A stretch of DNA of 64,000 nucleotides from Leptonemataceae bacterium (lineage in GTDB: Bacteria > Spirochaetota > Leptospiria > Leptospirales > Leptonemataceae): assembly GCA_965227295.1 (NCBI GenBank), contig OZ245742.1:3456001-3520000 (forward strand), read 5' to 3'. Below the pieces are notes generated by a model. It was given only the letters and a program-made list of their open reading frames with translations. It was not told the origin of the DNA and made no database searches. The position numbers and the translations under genes are program-made. Positions 8,340 through 18,063 of the stretch are shown here, one piece after another. Position 1 is the first letter of the stretch, and every line of letters begins with the position of its first letter.

Positions 8340-10754
8340 TTACTCGCGACTCTTCAGTACCGCGACCATGTCCAGACGATCGATGCGACGGCGAATGAAC
8401 CAGGCGCTCAGCACGCCGGCAATCAACACGACGATCACGGCCAGGGTAAAACTGGAAATTGAAATGATGATGGGAAAACGAATGCCGTCCACCGGCATGA
8501 GGCGAATCAGAAACACCACGAAAACGAAGCCCAGGGCGCAGCCGGGCAATAACGCCGGCGCCGTCTGGAAACTCAGTTCCCAGGCCAGCACCCGAAAGAC
8601 CTCCGCCCGGGAAAAACCCAGGACCCGGAGCGTCGCCAGTTCCCAGGAGCGCTCCGAGAGCGAGACCCGCGCCGTGTTGTAAACGACGCCGAAGGCGATG
8701 CTCACCGCGAACGTAATCAGGATGCCCGCGAAGACCTCGATGGTCCCGGCGGTCGTTTCTTCGATGGTGCGTAGAACCGAGGCCCGGCCGGCCACGGACT
8801 GCACTCGCGGCGCCGCCTTCAGCCGCGCGTAGAGTTCGTCGGCGAGGGCCTCGTCCACGTCCAGGGCGATGCGGTTTACGCTGCGTTCTTCGCCCAGGAG
8901 CCGGCGCAGGGCGTCCAGGTTCATGTAGGCCCCGCCGCCCAGGAGCTCCTCGGCCACGGCGACCACGGTTAACTCGACTTCGTTAGAATTTAGCGAACGT
9001 GTCGCAGTCTGCTCCACGTGAAAACGATCCGTTGCGAGCAAAGGCTCCAGGCGCACCGAGTCGCCGGCGCTCACGCCGAGTTTCTCCGCCAGGCCCGCGC
9101 TGAGCATGAGCCCCTCGGGTGGAACGTGAATGCGTTCGAGCTGCGCGTCCCGCAGAATGCGCAGCCGGGCGTCGGCGGGCAATCCCGTCACCGCGCTCTC
9201 TTCCCTGCGGTGCCCGGCGAACACACGCACTCCGATCAGACGATAGCCTTCGGCATAAAGGACGCCGGGGTAACGTTCGATCTCGTGCAGGGCCCGTGAG
9301 GACAGGGGCGTCTCAAAGGTAACGGTGGCGTCGGCGCGATCCATGAGACCGAAGTGCGCGTAGAAGATGTAATCGAGGGTGTCGCTCCAGAACAAACCCA
9401 GTACGACGATCAACACGGAAAAGGAAACCCCGAGAAACGAAAACACCGTGCGCAGTTTATGCAGGGCCAGGTTGCGCAAAGCCAGGCGACCACTCACGGA
9501 AAAAAAGCGCGTGAGCTGCCGGCGTTCCATCCAGCCCGCGCGGTAGGCCGGCGGGCTTTGCGGACGCATGGCCTCCGCGGGCGGCGTACGCAAAACGCCG
9601 TGAAGAACTCCGGCCCCGCCGGCGAGGGCCGTAACGAAACTCACGAGCAGGCCCAGAAACGCAATGCCCGGATCAAAGATGAAGTGCAGCGTCGGAAAGT
9701 GAAAGAAGAGTTTGTACATCTCGGTGCTCAGGTAGCCGAACCAGGCACCGAGGGCCAGGCCGAAGATCGCCCCGGGTAAAATGAGCGCGCTCACGAGCAT
9801 GGCGTAATGCAGCGCCACCGTTGCGTCGGCGTAGCCCACGGCCTTGAGCACGGCGATCTGTCCGCGCTGGGTTTGTACGAGCCGGCTTACGACGACGTTG
9901 ATCAAAAACGCCGCCACCGAAAGAAAGATCAACGGAACGACCGTCGCCATTACGTACTGCTGGCCGATCTCATTCGTAACGAAAACGTTCGAGACCTGCT
10001 TCTCGCGATCGTAGGCGCTCCCGCCGCCGTAGGGTTTCAGCAAACGATCGAGGGCGTCGAGCACACTCTCCGGACTGCCGGCGGGAGAGTACAACAACGC
10101 CAGCGAGTTGAACGAACCTTCGAGATCGGACGCGGCGGCCAGGGCGTCGCGCTGCATCCAGAAGACGCCGAAGTGTTCATTGTCGGGGAACGGCGAGTCC
10201 CCGCGGATGGCGTAGATGTACTCCGGTGAGACGGCCGTGCCGACGATGTGCAGTTTGCGATAACGACCCTGGAACAATGCCGCAATGCCGTCGCCGATGC
10301 GATAGCCGTTGGCTTTCGCGAAACCCTCGCTGACTAAAACCTCGGGCACCTCCGTCGCCGCGCTGCCGTGCGGCAGGCGTCCGCGCTGCAACTGCACACG
10401 ATTCAACGCCGTGGCCCCGTCCGGCGGCAGGGAGACGAAACGACCCACCACCGGTTCCAGGGAGCCGGGGATGTCCAGGATCGAGTCGCGAACGATGCGC
10501 AATTCGAAGGCGCTCACGCCGGGAATGGCGGCGATGTCTTCGCGCAACGAGAGCGGCGCCCGGCGCAGATCAGCGAAGGCGTCGGCGAAACGCGAGGTCC
10601 GGTAAAAATCCTCCTGCGCGGTTTCCAGAGATCGGTAAGTGCTGAGCGACGAAACGAAAACGGCGATACCGGCGGCCGTGACCAGGGCGATGGTAAAGAC
10701 CTGGGCCCGAAGCAGTCCCAGATCCCGCAGGACCTTAACATGAATCGCCCGCAT
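8340..10754 (-). CDS. ABC transporter permease, FtsX/MacB family (duplicated)
   Basis: Two MacB periplasmic plus FtsX halves (QRGQIAVLKAVG; ERSWELATLRVLG). Confidence 0.9.
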   Translation of the reverse strand: MRAIHVKVLRDLGLLRAQVFTIALVTAAGIAVFVSSLSTYRSLETAQEDFYRTSRFADAFADLRRAPLSLREDIAAIPGVSAFELRIVRDSILDIPGSLEPVVGRFVSLPPDGATALNRVQLQRGRLPHGSAATEVPEVLVSEGFAKANGYRIGDGIAALFQGRYRKLHIVGTAVSPEYIYAIRGDSPFPDNEHFGVFWMQRDALAAASDLEGSFNSLALLYSPAGSPESVLDALDRLLKPYGGGSAYDREKQVSNVFVTNEIGQQYVMATVVPLIFLSVAAFLINVVVSRLVQTQRGQIAVLKAVGYADATVALHYAMLVSALILPGAIFGLALGAWFGYLSTEMYKLFFHFPTLHFIFDPGIAFLGLLVSFVTALAGGAGVLHGVLRTPPAEAMRPQSPPAYRAGWMERRQLTRFFSVSGRLALRNLALHKLRTVFSFLGVSFSVLIVVLGLFWSDTLDYIFYAHFGLMDRADATVTFETPLSSRALHEIERYPGVLYAEGYRLIGVRVFAGHRREESAVTGLPADARLRILRDAQLERIHVPPEGLMLSAGLAEKLGVSAGDSVRLEPLLATDRFHVEQTATRSLNSNEVELTVVAVAEELLGGGAYMNLDALRRLLGEERSVNRIALDVDEALADELYARLKAAPRVQSVAGRASVLRTIEETTAGTIEVFAGILITFAVSIAFGVVYNTARVSLSERSWELATLRVLGFSRAEVFRVLAWELSFQTAPALLPGCALGFVFVVFLIRLMPVDGIRFPIIISISSFTLAVIVVLIAGVLSAWFIRRRIDRLDMVAVLKSRE

Positions 10755-10760
10755 GTTAGA

Positions 10761-11528
10761 CTACCAGTCGATGTCCTCGGGCCGTTTTTTGGTTTTGTTG
10801 CGCTCCGAGCGTTCGATGCTGCCGTCGGTCATGTACAGGACACGATCCGCCATGCCCGCGATGGCGGCGTTGTGAGTGATGATTACGGTGGTGGTGCCGA
10901 GGTCCTTGTTGACCGCGGCCAGAGCACTGAGTACCACGCGACCGGTGGATTGATCCAGGGCGCCGGTGGGTTCGTCGCAGAACAATACCCGCGGTCGTTT
11001 TGCAATGCCCCGGGCGATGGCGACGCGTTGCTGTTCCCCGCCGGACATCTGGGCGGGGAAGTGATGCATGCGCTGTTCCAGTCCGACCAGGCGCAGCGCT
11101 TCTTCCGGTGACAGCGGATTCTCGACGACCTCCACGGCGAGGCGGACATTCTCGGCGGCCGTGAGCCCGGGGATGAGATTGTAAAACTGAAAGACGAAAC
11201 CGATGTGTTCCCGGCGATACTCGGTCAATTCCTGATCGCCCGCGGTATGCAGTGAACGTCCGGTACTTTCGATGTCGCCGCCGCTGCGAGGCTCGGGAGC
11301 GTAATAGACTTCTCCGCTTGTGGCCGTATCCAGGCCGCCCAGGATGTTGAGCAACGTGGACTTGCCGCTGCCGGATGCGCCGAGCAACACCACGAACTCG
11401 CCGGCGTGCAAGTCCAGATCCACGCCGCGGAGGGCCGCGACCTCGATCTCGCCCATATGATACGTTTTCGTGACACCGCGCGCCCGAAAGATGATCGGTG
11501 CCGCCGTTGCTGTTTTGCGTCGGGCCAC
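10761..11528 (-). CDS. ABC transporter ATP-binding protein (LolD/MacB-like)
   Basis: Walker [10 protein letters not shown], signature [13 protein letters not shown], Walker B/D-loop [10 protein letters not shown]-loop ITHN. Confidence 0.95.
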   Translation of the reverse strand: MARRKTATAAPIIFRARGVTKTYHMGEIEVAALRGVDLDLHAGEFVVLLGASGSGKSTLLNILGGLDTATSGEVYYAPEPRSGGDIESTGRSLHTAGDQELTEYRREHIGFVFQFYNLIPGLTAAENVRLAVEVVENPLSPEEALRLVGLEQRMHHFPAQMSGGEQQRVAIARGIAKRPRVLFCDEPTGALDQSTGRVVLSALAAVNKDLGTTTVIITHNAAIAGMADRVLYMTDGSIERSERNKTKKRPEDIDW

Positions 11529-11579
11529 GGATACACGCTTGTACGCGTATCACCGATCGCAAGCAAAAACCTGCGACAA

Positions 11580-12686
11580 GCGACGGGAACTCAGCCGCAC
11601 AACCTGCGCCCGGGTCGAACGCGGCTACACACTTAATCTTTCTCAAGATCCGCCACGTACCGCAGCTCTTGAACTACCGGAAACGCTCAAGTAGTTCCCA
11701 CACGCCCCGAGTCGTGGTGTAAGTGACGGCCAGTGTACATTAGCCTTGTATGGGTACAGCTGGTTCCAGCAGATGAACGGAGGTCATGCCGGGGAGCATG
11801 GTAAGGCGCACCGGAACGGCGTCTTCACTTTAAGAAACGCTAAGGTAGCTGCGTCGCAAACCGACGTCCGGGTCGAACGCAGCATTCTTAACAAAACGAA
11901 AAACCACAACTCCCGCGGACCGTAGCCAAAAAGGCCCTCAACGCTTGCCGACTTACTTTATGTTTCTCACAGCCAACGTGACGAACCGCAGCTCTTGAAT
12001 TACCGGTAAGTTTTATTCGTTCGAGGACGCCCCGAATCGTAGTGTAAGTGACGGCCAGTGTACATTAAGCCTTGTATGGGTACAGCTGGTTCCAGCAGAT
12101 GAACGGAGGTCATGCCGGGGAGTGTGGTAAGGCGCACCGGAACGGCGTCTTCGTCGTAAGAAACGTTACGGTAGCTGAGTCGCAAACCGACGTCCGGGTC
12201 GAACGCAGCATTCTTAACAAAACGAAAAACCACAACTCCCGCGGACCGTAGCCAAAAAGGCCCCTCAACGCTTGCCGGCTTACTTTATGTTTCTCACAGC
12301 CAACGTGACGAACCGCAGCTCTTGAATTACCGGTAAGTTTTATTCGTTCGAGGACGCCCCGAATCGTAGTGTAAGTAGCGGCCAGTGTACATTAAGCCTT
12401 GTATGGGTACGGCTGGTTCCAGCAGATGAACGGAGGTCATTCCGGGGAATGTGGTAAGGCGCACCGGAACGGCGTCTTCTTCGCAAGAGTCGCCCGGGTA
12501 GCTGAGTCGCAAACCGACGTCCGGGTCGAACGCAGCATTCTTAACAAAACGAAAGTCCACAACTCCCGCAAAGCCGTAGCCAAAAAAAGCCCTTCACAAT
12601 TCCGCGACTTACTTCGTGTTTCTCGTGGCAAACGCAACGAATCGCAGCTCTTGAACTACCGGAGAGTTTTGATTCGTTCGAGCGCG
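11580..12686 (-). repeat. Array B of the ~330-bp repeat (three core copies plus a degenerate fragment at ~11580-11637)
   Basis: Reverse-complement core CCGGAACGGCGTC at 11811, 12137, 12464 (spacings 326, 327). Confidence 0.95.
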
Positions 12687-12695
12687 CATATGTGT

Positions 12696-13073
12696 TCAAC
12701 GTTTCACGCCCACGATCATTACGATCCGCGCAACGACATAGATGAAGAGGAACGCAAGAATCCCGAACACGATGACACGCAGGGCCGACACGGCGATGTC
12801 GTCCCAGAACTCGCTGTCTACCAGGAAGTAGCCCGGCTCGTCCTGCGCGCGCGGGCCGGCGTGGCACATGCAACCGAAACGCGTAAAGCGGCCCAGGCGT
12901 TGTGCGTTCGTTTCGCCGTCGCCGGAGTACAAAGCCGCGCAGTTTGCGCTGCATTGCGTTTCGAGATAAGGGTCCACGTAATATGCGGTGAGCGCAAAGT
13001 AGGCGGCGAACATACACGCGGCTCCGATGATCACCATGACGATGCCGATGCTGTTGAGTTGCGTGCGGGCCAT
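12696..13073 (-). CDS. Small two-TM protein with Cys-containing loop, unknown function
   Basis: Two hydrophobic segments flanking a loop with CSANC and GCMC; follows the TetR gene. Confidence 0.6.
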   Translation of the reverse strand: MARTQLNSIGIVMVIIGAACMFAAYFALTAYYVDPYLETQCSANCAALYSGDGETNAQRLGRFTRFGCMCHAGPRAQDEPGYFLVDSEFWDDIAVSALRVIVFGILAFLFIYVVARIVMIVGVKR

Positions 13074-13103
13074 GCTGAACCATGCAACCGCGGGCAGGGC
13101 GCG

Positions 13104-13718
13104 TCAACGTTTTTGCTGCGGCGCATCCGTGGCACCGTGATACCACTGCTCGAATAAATCCACGGCCTCGTCGAAGTACTCCAGGCTGCCGGTGAGTTTC
13201 CACATTGTTACGGCGCCCTCGTGGCAGACATACATCTTGCGCGCGATGGAGACGGCGCGTGGCGTCGCGGGAAATCGGCCTTGCTTCATGCCGTTGCGAA
13301 TGAACGCCGTCATGCGCACGAGCCAGTGTTTGGCCAGATCGCGGACGTAGTCACGCATCTCCTCGTCCGCCGAGTCCGTCTGCATAATGAAATTCGCGAC
13401 GCCGCAGCCGTTGGCCAGGCTCTTGCCCGGCGCCGTTTCGTTTTTGTGAAAGCTCATCCACTTACGAAAGAACGTGACCAGGTCCGGCGCCGTTTCCGCG
13501 ATGCGGCTGATGTTCGCGGTCATGTGATCGCTGCGCCCCTTGACGAAGTCCCGGGCCAGTTCGTCCTTGCCCGCAAAGTAGCTGTAGAGCCCGGCCTTGT
13601 TCGTCCGGGCCGCCGCCACGATGTCGCTGACGCCCGTGTTCGGGTAGCCGTGCGTGTAAAAAAGGTCGTCCGCCGCGTGACGGAGGCGTTGTTCCAGGTC
13701 TGTTTTCGGTCGTGCCAT
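13104..13718 (-). CDS. TetR/AcrR family transcriptional regulator
   Basis: MARPK start; LFYTHGYPNTGVSDIVAAARTNKAGLYSYFAGKDEL HTH; C-terminal GC motif. Confidence 0.9.
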   Translation of the reverse strand: MARPKTDLEQRLRHAADDLFYTHGYPNTGVSDIVAAARTNKAGLYSYFAGKDELARDFVKGRSDHMTANISRIAETAPDLVTFFRKWMSFHKNETAPGKSLANGCGVANFIMQTDSADEEMRDYVRDLAKHWLVRMTAFIRNGMKQGRFPATPRAVSIARKMYVCHEGAVTMWKLTGSLEYFDEAVDLFEQWYHGATDAPQQKR

Positions 13719-13763
13719 GATGCTCAATCCAACTGTGCGGGAGAAAAAGTACTTGCATGTTTT

Positions 13764-13811
13764 CGTACCGGTCGGTACGGTAATTCCATGGTTAGCGTAC
13801 CGATCAGTATG
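13764..13811. promoter_or_regulatory. Two TetR-type operator palindromes in the divergent promoter region
   Basis: Perfect CGTACCG-GT-CGGTACG at 13764-13779; degenerate CGTACCG-AT-CAGTATG at 13796-13811. Confidence 0.7.
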
Positions 13812-13872
13812 GTAACCTCCGGCGTTCCGGGCAAGCCCTTTCCCGGGCCCGGCGCCGCACAGGAGCAGAAGT

Positions 13873-14373
13873 ATGAACGATCTCGAAAAACATCCGTCCT
13901 CGCTGGTGCGCATCCGTTTTCAGGACTGCGATCCCTTCGGCCATCTGAACAACGGCCGTTATCTCGATTACGTCATCAACGCCCGGGAGCAGCAGCTCCT
14001 GGACTACTACAACCTCGACGTCTACGCCGAGCGTTTTCGAGATCTGAACTGGGTCGTACGAACGAGTCGCGTCGCTTACCAGGTCCCACTGTTGCCGAAT
14101 CAACAGGTGCGCATCCAGACGGCGTTGTTGAACTATTCGCGCTCGGCATTGAATGTCGAGGCGGTGTTGAGCGATCCGGAAACGAACGTAATTCACGCCG
14201 CGGCCTGGGTGAACCTGGTGCACGTGAATCTGAAGACCGGCCGCCCGGCGAAACACGCGGAAGATTTGCTGGAGTTGTTCGAGGCCGTGCAGTTGGGCAT
14301 TGAGCCGGCGAGTGACGCGGAACGGTTTAAGACGATTAAGAAAGAACGGGAGCGGGTTACAGCGGGGGTGTAA
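13873..14373 (+). CDS. Acyl-CoA thioesterase (4HBT/hotdog fold)
   Basis: IRFQDCDPFGHLNNGRYLDY motif. Confidence 0.9.
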   Translation: MNDLEKHPSSLVRIRFQDCDPFGHLNNGRYLDYVINAREQQLLDYYNLDVYAERFRDLNWVVRTSRVAYQVPLLPNQQVRIQTALLNYSRSALNVEAVLSDPETNVIHAAAWVNLVHVNLKTGRPAKHAEDLLELFEAVQLGIEPASDAERFKTIKKERERVTAGV

Positions 14374-14382
14374 GATCAGGAT

Positions 14383-14409
14383 AGCCGGACGGTGTTTTGC
14401 GGTCCGGCT
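14383..14409 (+). terminator. Possible terminator hairpin after the thioesterase
   Basis: AGCCGGAC/GTCCGGCT stem ~10 nt after the stop; no U-tract. Confidence 0.35.
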
Positions 14410-14489
14410 GTCAAACTAACATCGTTTGCAACGCCCGCGCCGATACCCAATTCTCTTGACGCGCCTTAGCCCCTCATCATGCTCGCGCC

Positions 14490-16214
14490 ATGCATTTGTT
14501 ACACCCGTCCGATCCGACTCATCCCGACTTCGACAACGAGACCAACGACCTGCTGCGCAAGACCGTCGCCTTTTTTGAAAACAAGGGCAAGGCGGCCATG
14601 AAAGACGAGGACCACCGCGCCGTGTGGGTCCAGGACTTCATGGACTTCATCAAAGACAGCGGCGTGTTCGCTAAGTTTCTCACGCCGTCGGCCTACGGAA
14701 CGGACGGCTGTCGTTTCGATATGGCGCGCAATGCACGCATGAGCGAAATCCTCGGTTTTTATTCGCTGTCGCACTGGTATCCCTGGCAGGTTTCGATCCT
14801 GGGCCTGGGACCGTTCTGGATGTCGGATAACGAAGAAATGAAACGCAAGGCCGCCGCGGATCTCGCCGCCGGCGGGGTCTTCGGTTTCGCGCTCTCCGAA
14901 AAAGAACACGGCGCCGACCTCATCGGCACGGACATGATGCTGCATTCGAACGACGGCGGTGGTTACCTGGCCCGCGGCGACAAGTACTACATCGGCAACG
15001 GCAACTGCGCGGCCATGCTCTCGTGTTTCGCGAAGGTCGACGGCTCGAAGGAGTTCGCCTTCTTCGCGGTGCGCCCGGACCACGAAAAGTACGAGCTCTT
15101 ACAGAACGTCGTCTTCTCGCAGAAGTACGTCGCCGAGTTCATGCTGCACGATTATCCCGTGGGCGAGAACGAAATCCTCAGTCGCGGTCGCGCCGCGTGG
15201 GATGCCTCGCTCGCCACCGTCGCTTACGCGAAGTACAATCTCGGCCCGGGTTCGTGCGGCATCGCCACGCATGCGTTCTACGAAGCGATCCACCACGCCG
15301 GCCATCGCAAGCTCTACAACTCCTACGTCACCGACTTCCCGCACATCAAACAGCTCTTCACCGAAGCTTACGCGCGTCTCGTCGCTCTGCGTTTGTTCGC
15401 GTACCGCGCCAAAGACTACATGCGCGTCGCGTCCGCCGACGACCGGCGCTATCTACTCTACAATCCCATGGTAAAAATGAAAGTTACCATGCAGGCGGAG
15501 TCGGTCATTGATTTGATCTGGGACGTCATTGCCGCGCGCGGTTTCTGCAAGGATATGTACTTCGAGTCGGCGACGCGGGACATCCGCATGCTGCCGAAGC
15601 TCGAGGGCACGGCGCATGTGAACATGGTGCTCGTGCTTAAGTTCATGCAGGCGTATCTTTTCGACGAAACGCCGGTGCCCGCCGTACCGTCGGGGAACAC
15701 GCCGCACGAAGAGGACTATCTTTTCCGTCAGGGCGCGACGACGAAGAAACTCGACGCCGTGGGTTTCGGGCCGTGGCGCGAAAAATACGCGCGGCGTTCC
15801 GAACCCAACGTCGGCGTCTTTCTCGCGCAGGCGGACGCCTTCCGTGAATTCTTGCAGAGTTGCCCGCCGGACGCGGAGCAATCGAAGGACCTGGACTTCA
15901 TGCTGGCCGTGGGCGAAATGTTTACGTTGATTGCGTACGGCGGTTTGGTCCTCGAACAGGCAGACTTCGACTCCGTCGACAGCGCCATCGTCGACGAGAT
16001 CTTCGCCTTCCAGGTGCGCGACTTCAGCCGTCACGCGCTGATCCTCTATCAAAAGCCGTCGACCACGGCGGACCAGCAGGCGGCGTGCCAGCGAATTATG
16101 CAACGCCCGCGTCACGACGAAGCGCGTGCGCGGAAGGTGTACGACATTGTCATGAACTTAAAAGACGCTTACGTGATGCCGGAGGAGCCGGGCAAGGTCG
16201 CCGTCGCGCGCTGA
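14490..16214 (+). CDS. Acyl-CoA dehydrogenase family protein
   Basis: FALSEKEHGAD, GDKYYIGNG and LPKLEGT motifs. Confidence 0.9.
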   Translation: MHLLHPSDPTHPDFDNETNDLLRKTVAFFENKGKAAMKDEDHRAVWVQDFMDFIKDSGVFAKFLTPSAYGTDGCRFDMARNARMSEILGFYSLSHWYPWQVSILGLGPFWMSDNEEMKRKAAADLAAGGVFGFALSEKEHGADLIGTDMMLHSNDGGGYLARGDKYYIGNGNCAAMLSCFAKVDGSKEFAFFAVRPDHEKYELLQNVVFSQKYVAEFMLHDYPVGENEILSRGRAAWDASLATVAYAKYNLGPGSCGIATHAFYEAIHHAGHRKLYNSYVTDFPHIKQLFTEAYARLVALRLFAYRAKDYMRVASADDRRYLLYNPMVKMKVTMQAESVIDLIWDVIAARGFCKDMYFESATRDIRMLPKLEGTAHVNMVLVLKFMQAYLFDETPVPAVPSGNTPHEEDYLFRQGATTKKLDAVGFGPWREKYARRSEPNVGVFLAQADAFREFLQSCPPDAEQSKDLDFMLAVGEMFTLIAYGGLVLEQADFDSVDSAIVDEIFAFQVRDFSRHALILYQKPSTTADQQAACQRIMQRPRHDEARARKVYDIVMNLKDAYVMPEEPGKVAVAR

Positions 16215-16223
16215 ACGAACACT

Positions 16224-16866
16224 TCAGGGGCCGGTGCGAACGCAACGGACGTAGTAGGTGTTCGACTTGTTGCCGAAGCTCGTGAAGCCGGAAACGAAGA
16301 TCATTCTCCACGCCTGGGCGACCGTACCCACGTTCGTGGAGGACGTCCAGTAATCCGAGGACAAATCCAGGGCGTCACAATCCGCCAGGGCCGTCACCCA
16401 GTTTCGTTGCGTTGCCGTCCCGGTGGTGCAGTCGGAACCGCCCGTGGGCACGCCGGCGGTGTCGTTGGTGCATTGAGTAAACACCAGGTTCGTCGTACTG
16501 TCGAAGATGGTGCCGTTGACCTGATCCGTATAGCCGGCGTCGGGCATCGTTTCCCCGGAAACGCAACGAACATAACTGCCCGTGGCCGGGGCCTGTCCGC
16601 CCGCGAGTCCGTTACGCATGTCAATGTACCAGAATTGCCCGGGGGTTGGGACATAGGCGATGGCCGTCCAGTAATTGGCGGACACGCCGTTGCCCGGTTG
16701 ATTCGGGAAGTAACTGTTCACGTCGTCGTCATCGGCAATGGGATCGCTGTAGTTGTAATCCGGTAAGAGTGAAAGAATCGGCGCCGGCATCCCGGCAAGT
16801 GCAGAAGAACGGCACCATGACGGCAAAAAGAGCGATCATGATGATTCCATGGATTCTTGCTATCAT
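16224..16866 (-). pseudogene. Degraded DUF1566 (Lcl C-terminal) lipoprotein
   Basis: Two YWT...W...YVRCV domain ends; lipoprotein-like signal (MIARIHG...FFCTC) lies in another frame; the WRLP..EL segment is missing from both domains. Confidence 0.65.
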
Positions 16867-17055
16867 CGATGGGTCGCGGGCCGGAAGATGCATGGCGGCC
16901 GCAGAGTGAGCCAGAGCCGGTTGTGGGCCGGATGGGAAGATCGAGTGCATCCGGACCCCTTCGTAAGTGGGTTCATCCGGCCATTCGTGTCAAATAGAAT
17001 CCCCGCCGATTTTGAATGCGCGTCTTGCCGGCGCCGGCCACGGGTGGGGGCGCTA

Positions 17056-18012
17056 TTACGTTACTGTGTTTTGCGGTTTGCCCTGCATGAAGCTCTTCAG
17101 ATTTTCCGCCGCTGTTTTGAGCAGTCGTGTCCGCGCCTCTGTCGTGGCCCAGGCGATATGTGGTGTTATGATGCAGTTTTTGGCTTTCAGCAGGGGATTC
17201 GCAATTTCAGGCGGCTCAGTGCTTAAAACATCGAGCCCGGCGCCCGCGATGACGTCGTTGTTCAGGGCGAAGGCGAGGTCTGGATCATTGACGAGCTGTC
17301 CTCTGGAAGTGTTGATGAGCAGAGCCGATGCTTTCATCTTCTCCAGTGCCCCTATGTTGATGATGCCTTTTGTCTCGCTGGTAAGCGGGCAGTGCAGACT
17401 GATGACATCGGAAGTTTTCAGTAGTGCATCCAGGCGCACCCATCGGGCACCCCCGGCTGCTTCCGGAGCGACTTCTTTCGGACTATGGTAAAGTACATTC
17501 ATCCCGAATGAGGCGGCAATGCCGGCGGTGGCCTGACCGATGCGACCGAAGCCGAGGATTCCGATGGTCTTTCCCTGGAGTTCGATCAGCGGTCGTTTCC
17601 AAAAACAAAAATCATCTCCCGCTGACCATTCGCCCTGCCTTACGGCATCACTGTGCAGGCCGACGTTGCCGGTCAATTCCAGTAAAAGCGAGAAAACCAT
17701 CTGAGCCACGGAGGCCGTGCCGTAGGAGGGAATGTTGGTAACCGTAATGCCTCTTTCCGAAGCGGCGTTCAGATCAACGACGTCGTACCCCGTAGAAAGG
17801 AGCCCGATGTATTTCAATGAAGGCAGAGACTGTATTTCGGATCTGCTGATCCTTACCTTGTTGATGAGTAGTGCTTCGGCCTCCCCGGCACGCTCTATGA
17901 CTTCGCTCGGTGATGATCGGTCATAAACGGTAAAGTCGCCGAGTGTTGCCAGGGGGGCCCAACTCAGGTCGCCTGGATTCAAGGTATATCCGTCAAGGGC
18001 AACTATCTTCAT
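17056..18012 (-). CDS. D-2-hydroxyacid dehydrogenase (glycerate dehydrogenase/hydroxypyruvate reductase-like)
   Basis: LDGYTLNPGDL, GILGFGRIG, INTSRG, GLDVLSTEP, TPHIAW motifs. Confidence 0.9.
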   Translation of the reverse strand: MKIVALDGYTLNPGDLSWAPLATLGDFTVYDRSSPSEVIERAGEAEALLINKVRISRSEIQSLPSLKYIGLLSTGYDVVDLNAASERGITVTNIPSYGTASVAQMVFSLLLELTGNVGLHSDAVRQGEWSAGDDFCFWKRPLIELQGKTIGILGFGRIGQATAGIAASFGMNVLYHSPKEVAPEAAGGARWVRLDALLKTSDVISLHCPLTSETKGIINIGALEKMKASALLINTSRGQLVNDPDLAFALNNDVIAGAGLDVLSTEPPEIANPLLKAKNCIITPHIAWATTEARTRLLKTAAENLKSFMQGKPQNTVT

Positions 18013-18063
18013 TCTTCAATGTTCCATTGTGGATCGAGGTACGGCGTCGGACCCGCCGGGGCC

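Noticed and set aside
11580..12686. Hammerhead or HDV-like ribozyme in the repeat
   Set aside because: Only partial look-alikes (CAGATGA; CCGGCATG) were seen; no complete catalytic core could be assembled by eye.
16224..16400. Diversity-generating retroelement targeting the DUF1566 gene
   Set aside because: No reverse transcriptase and no template repeat were found in the window.
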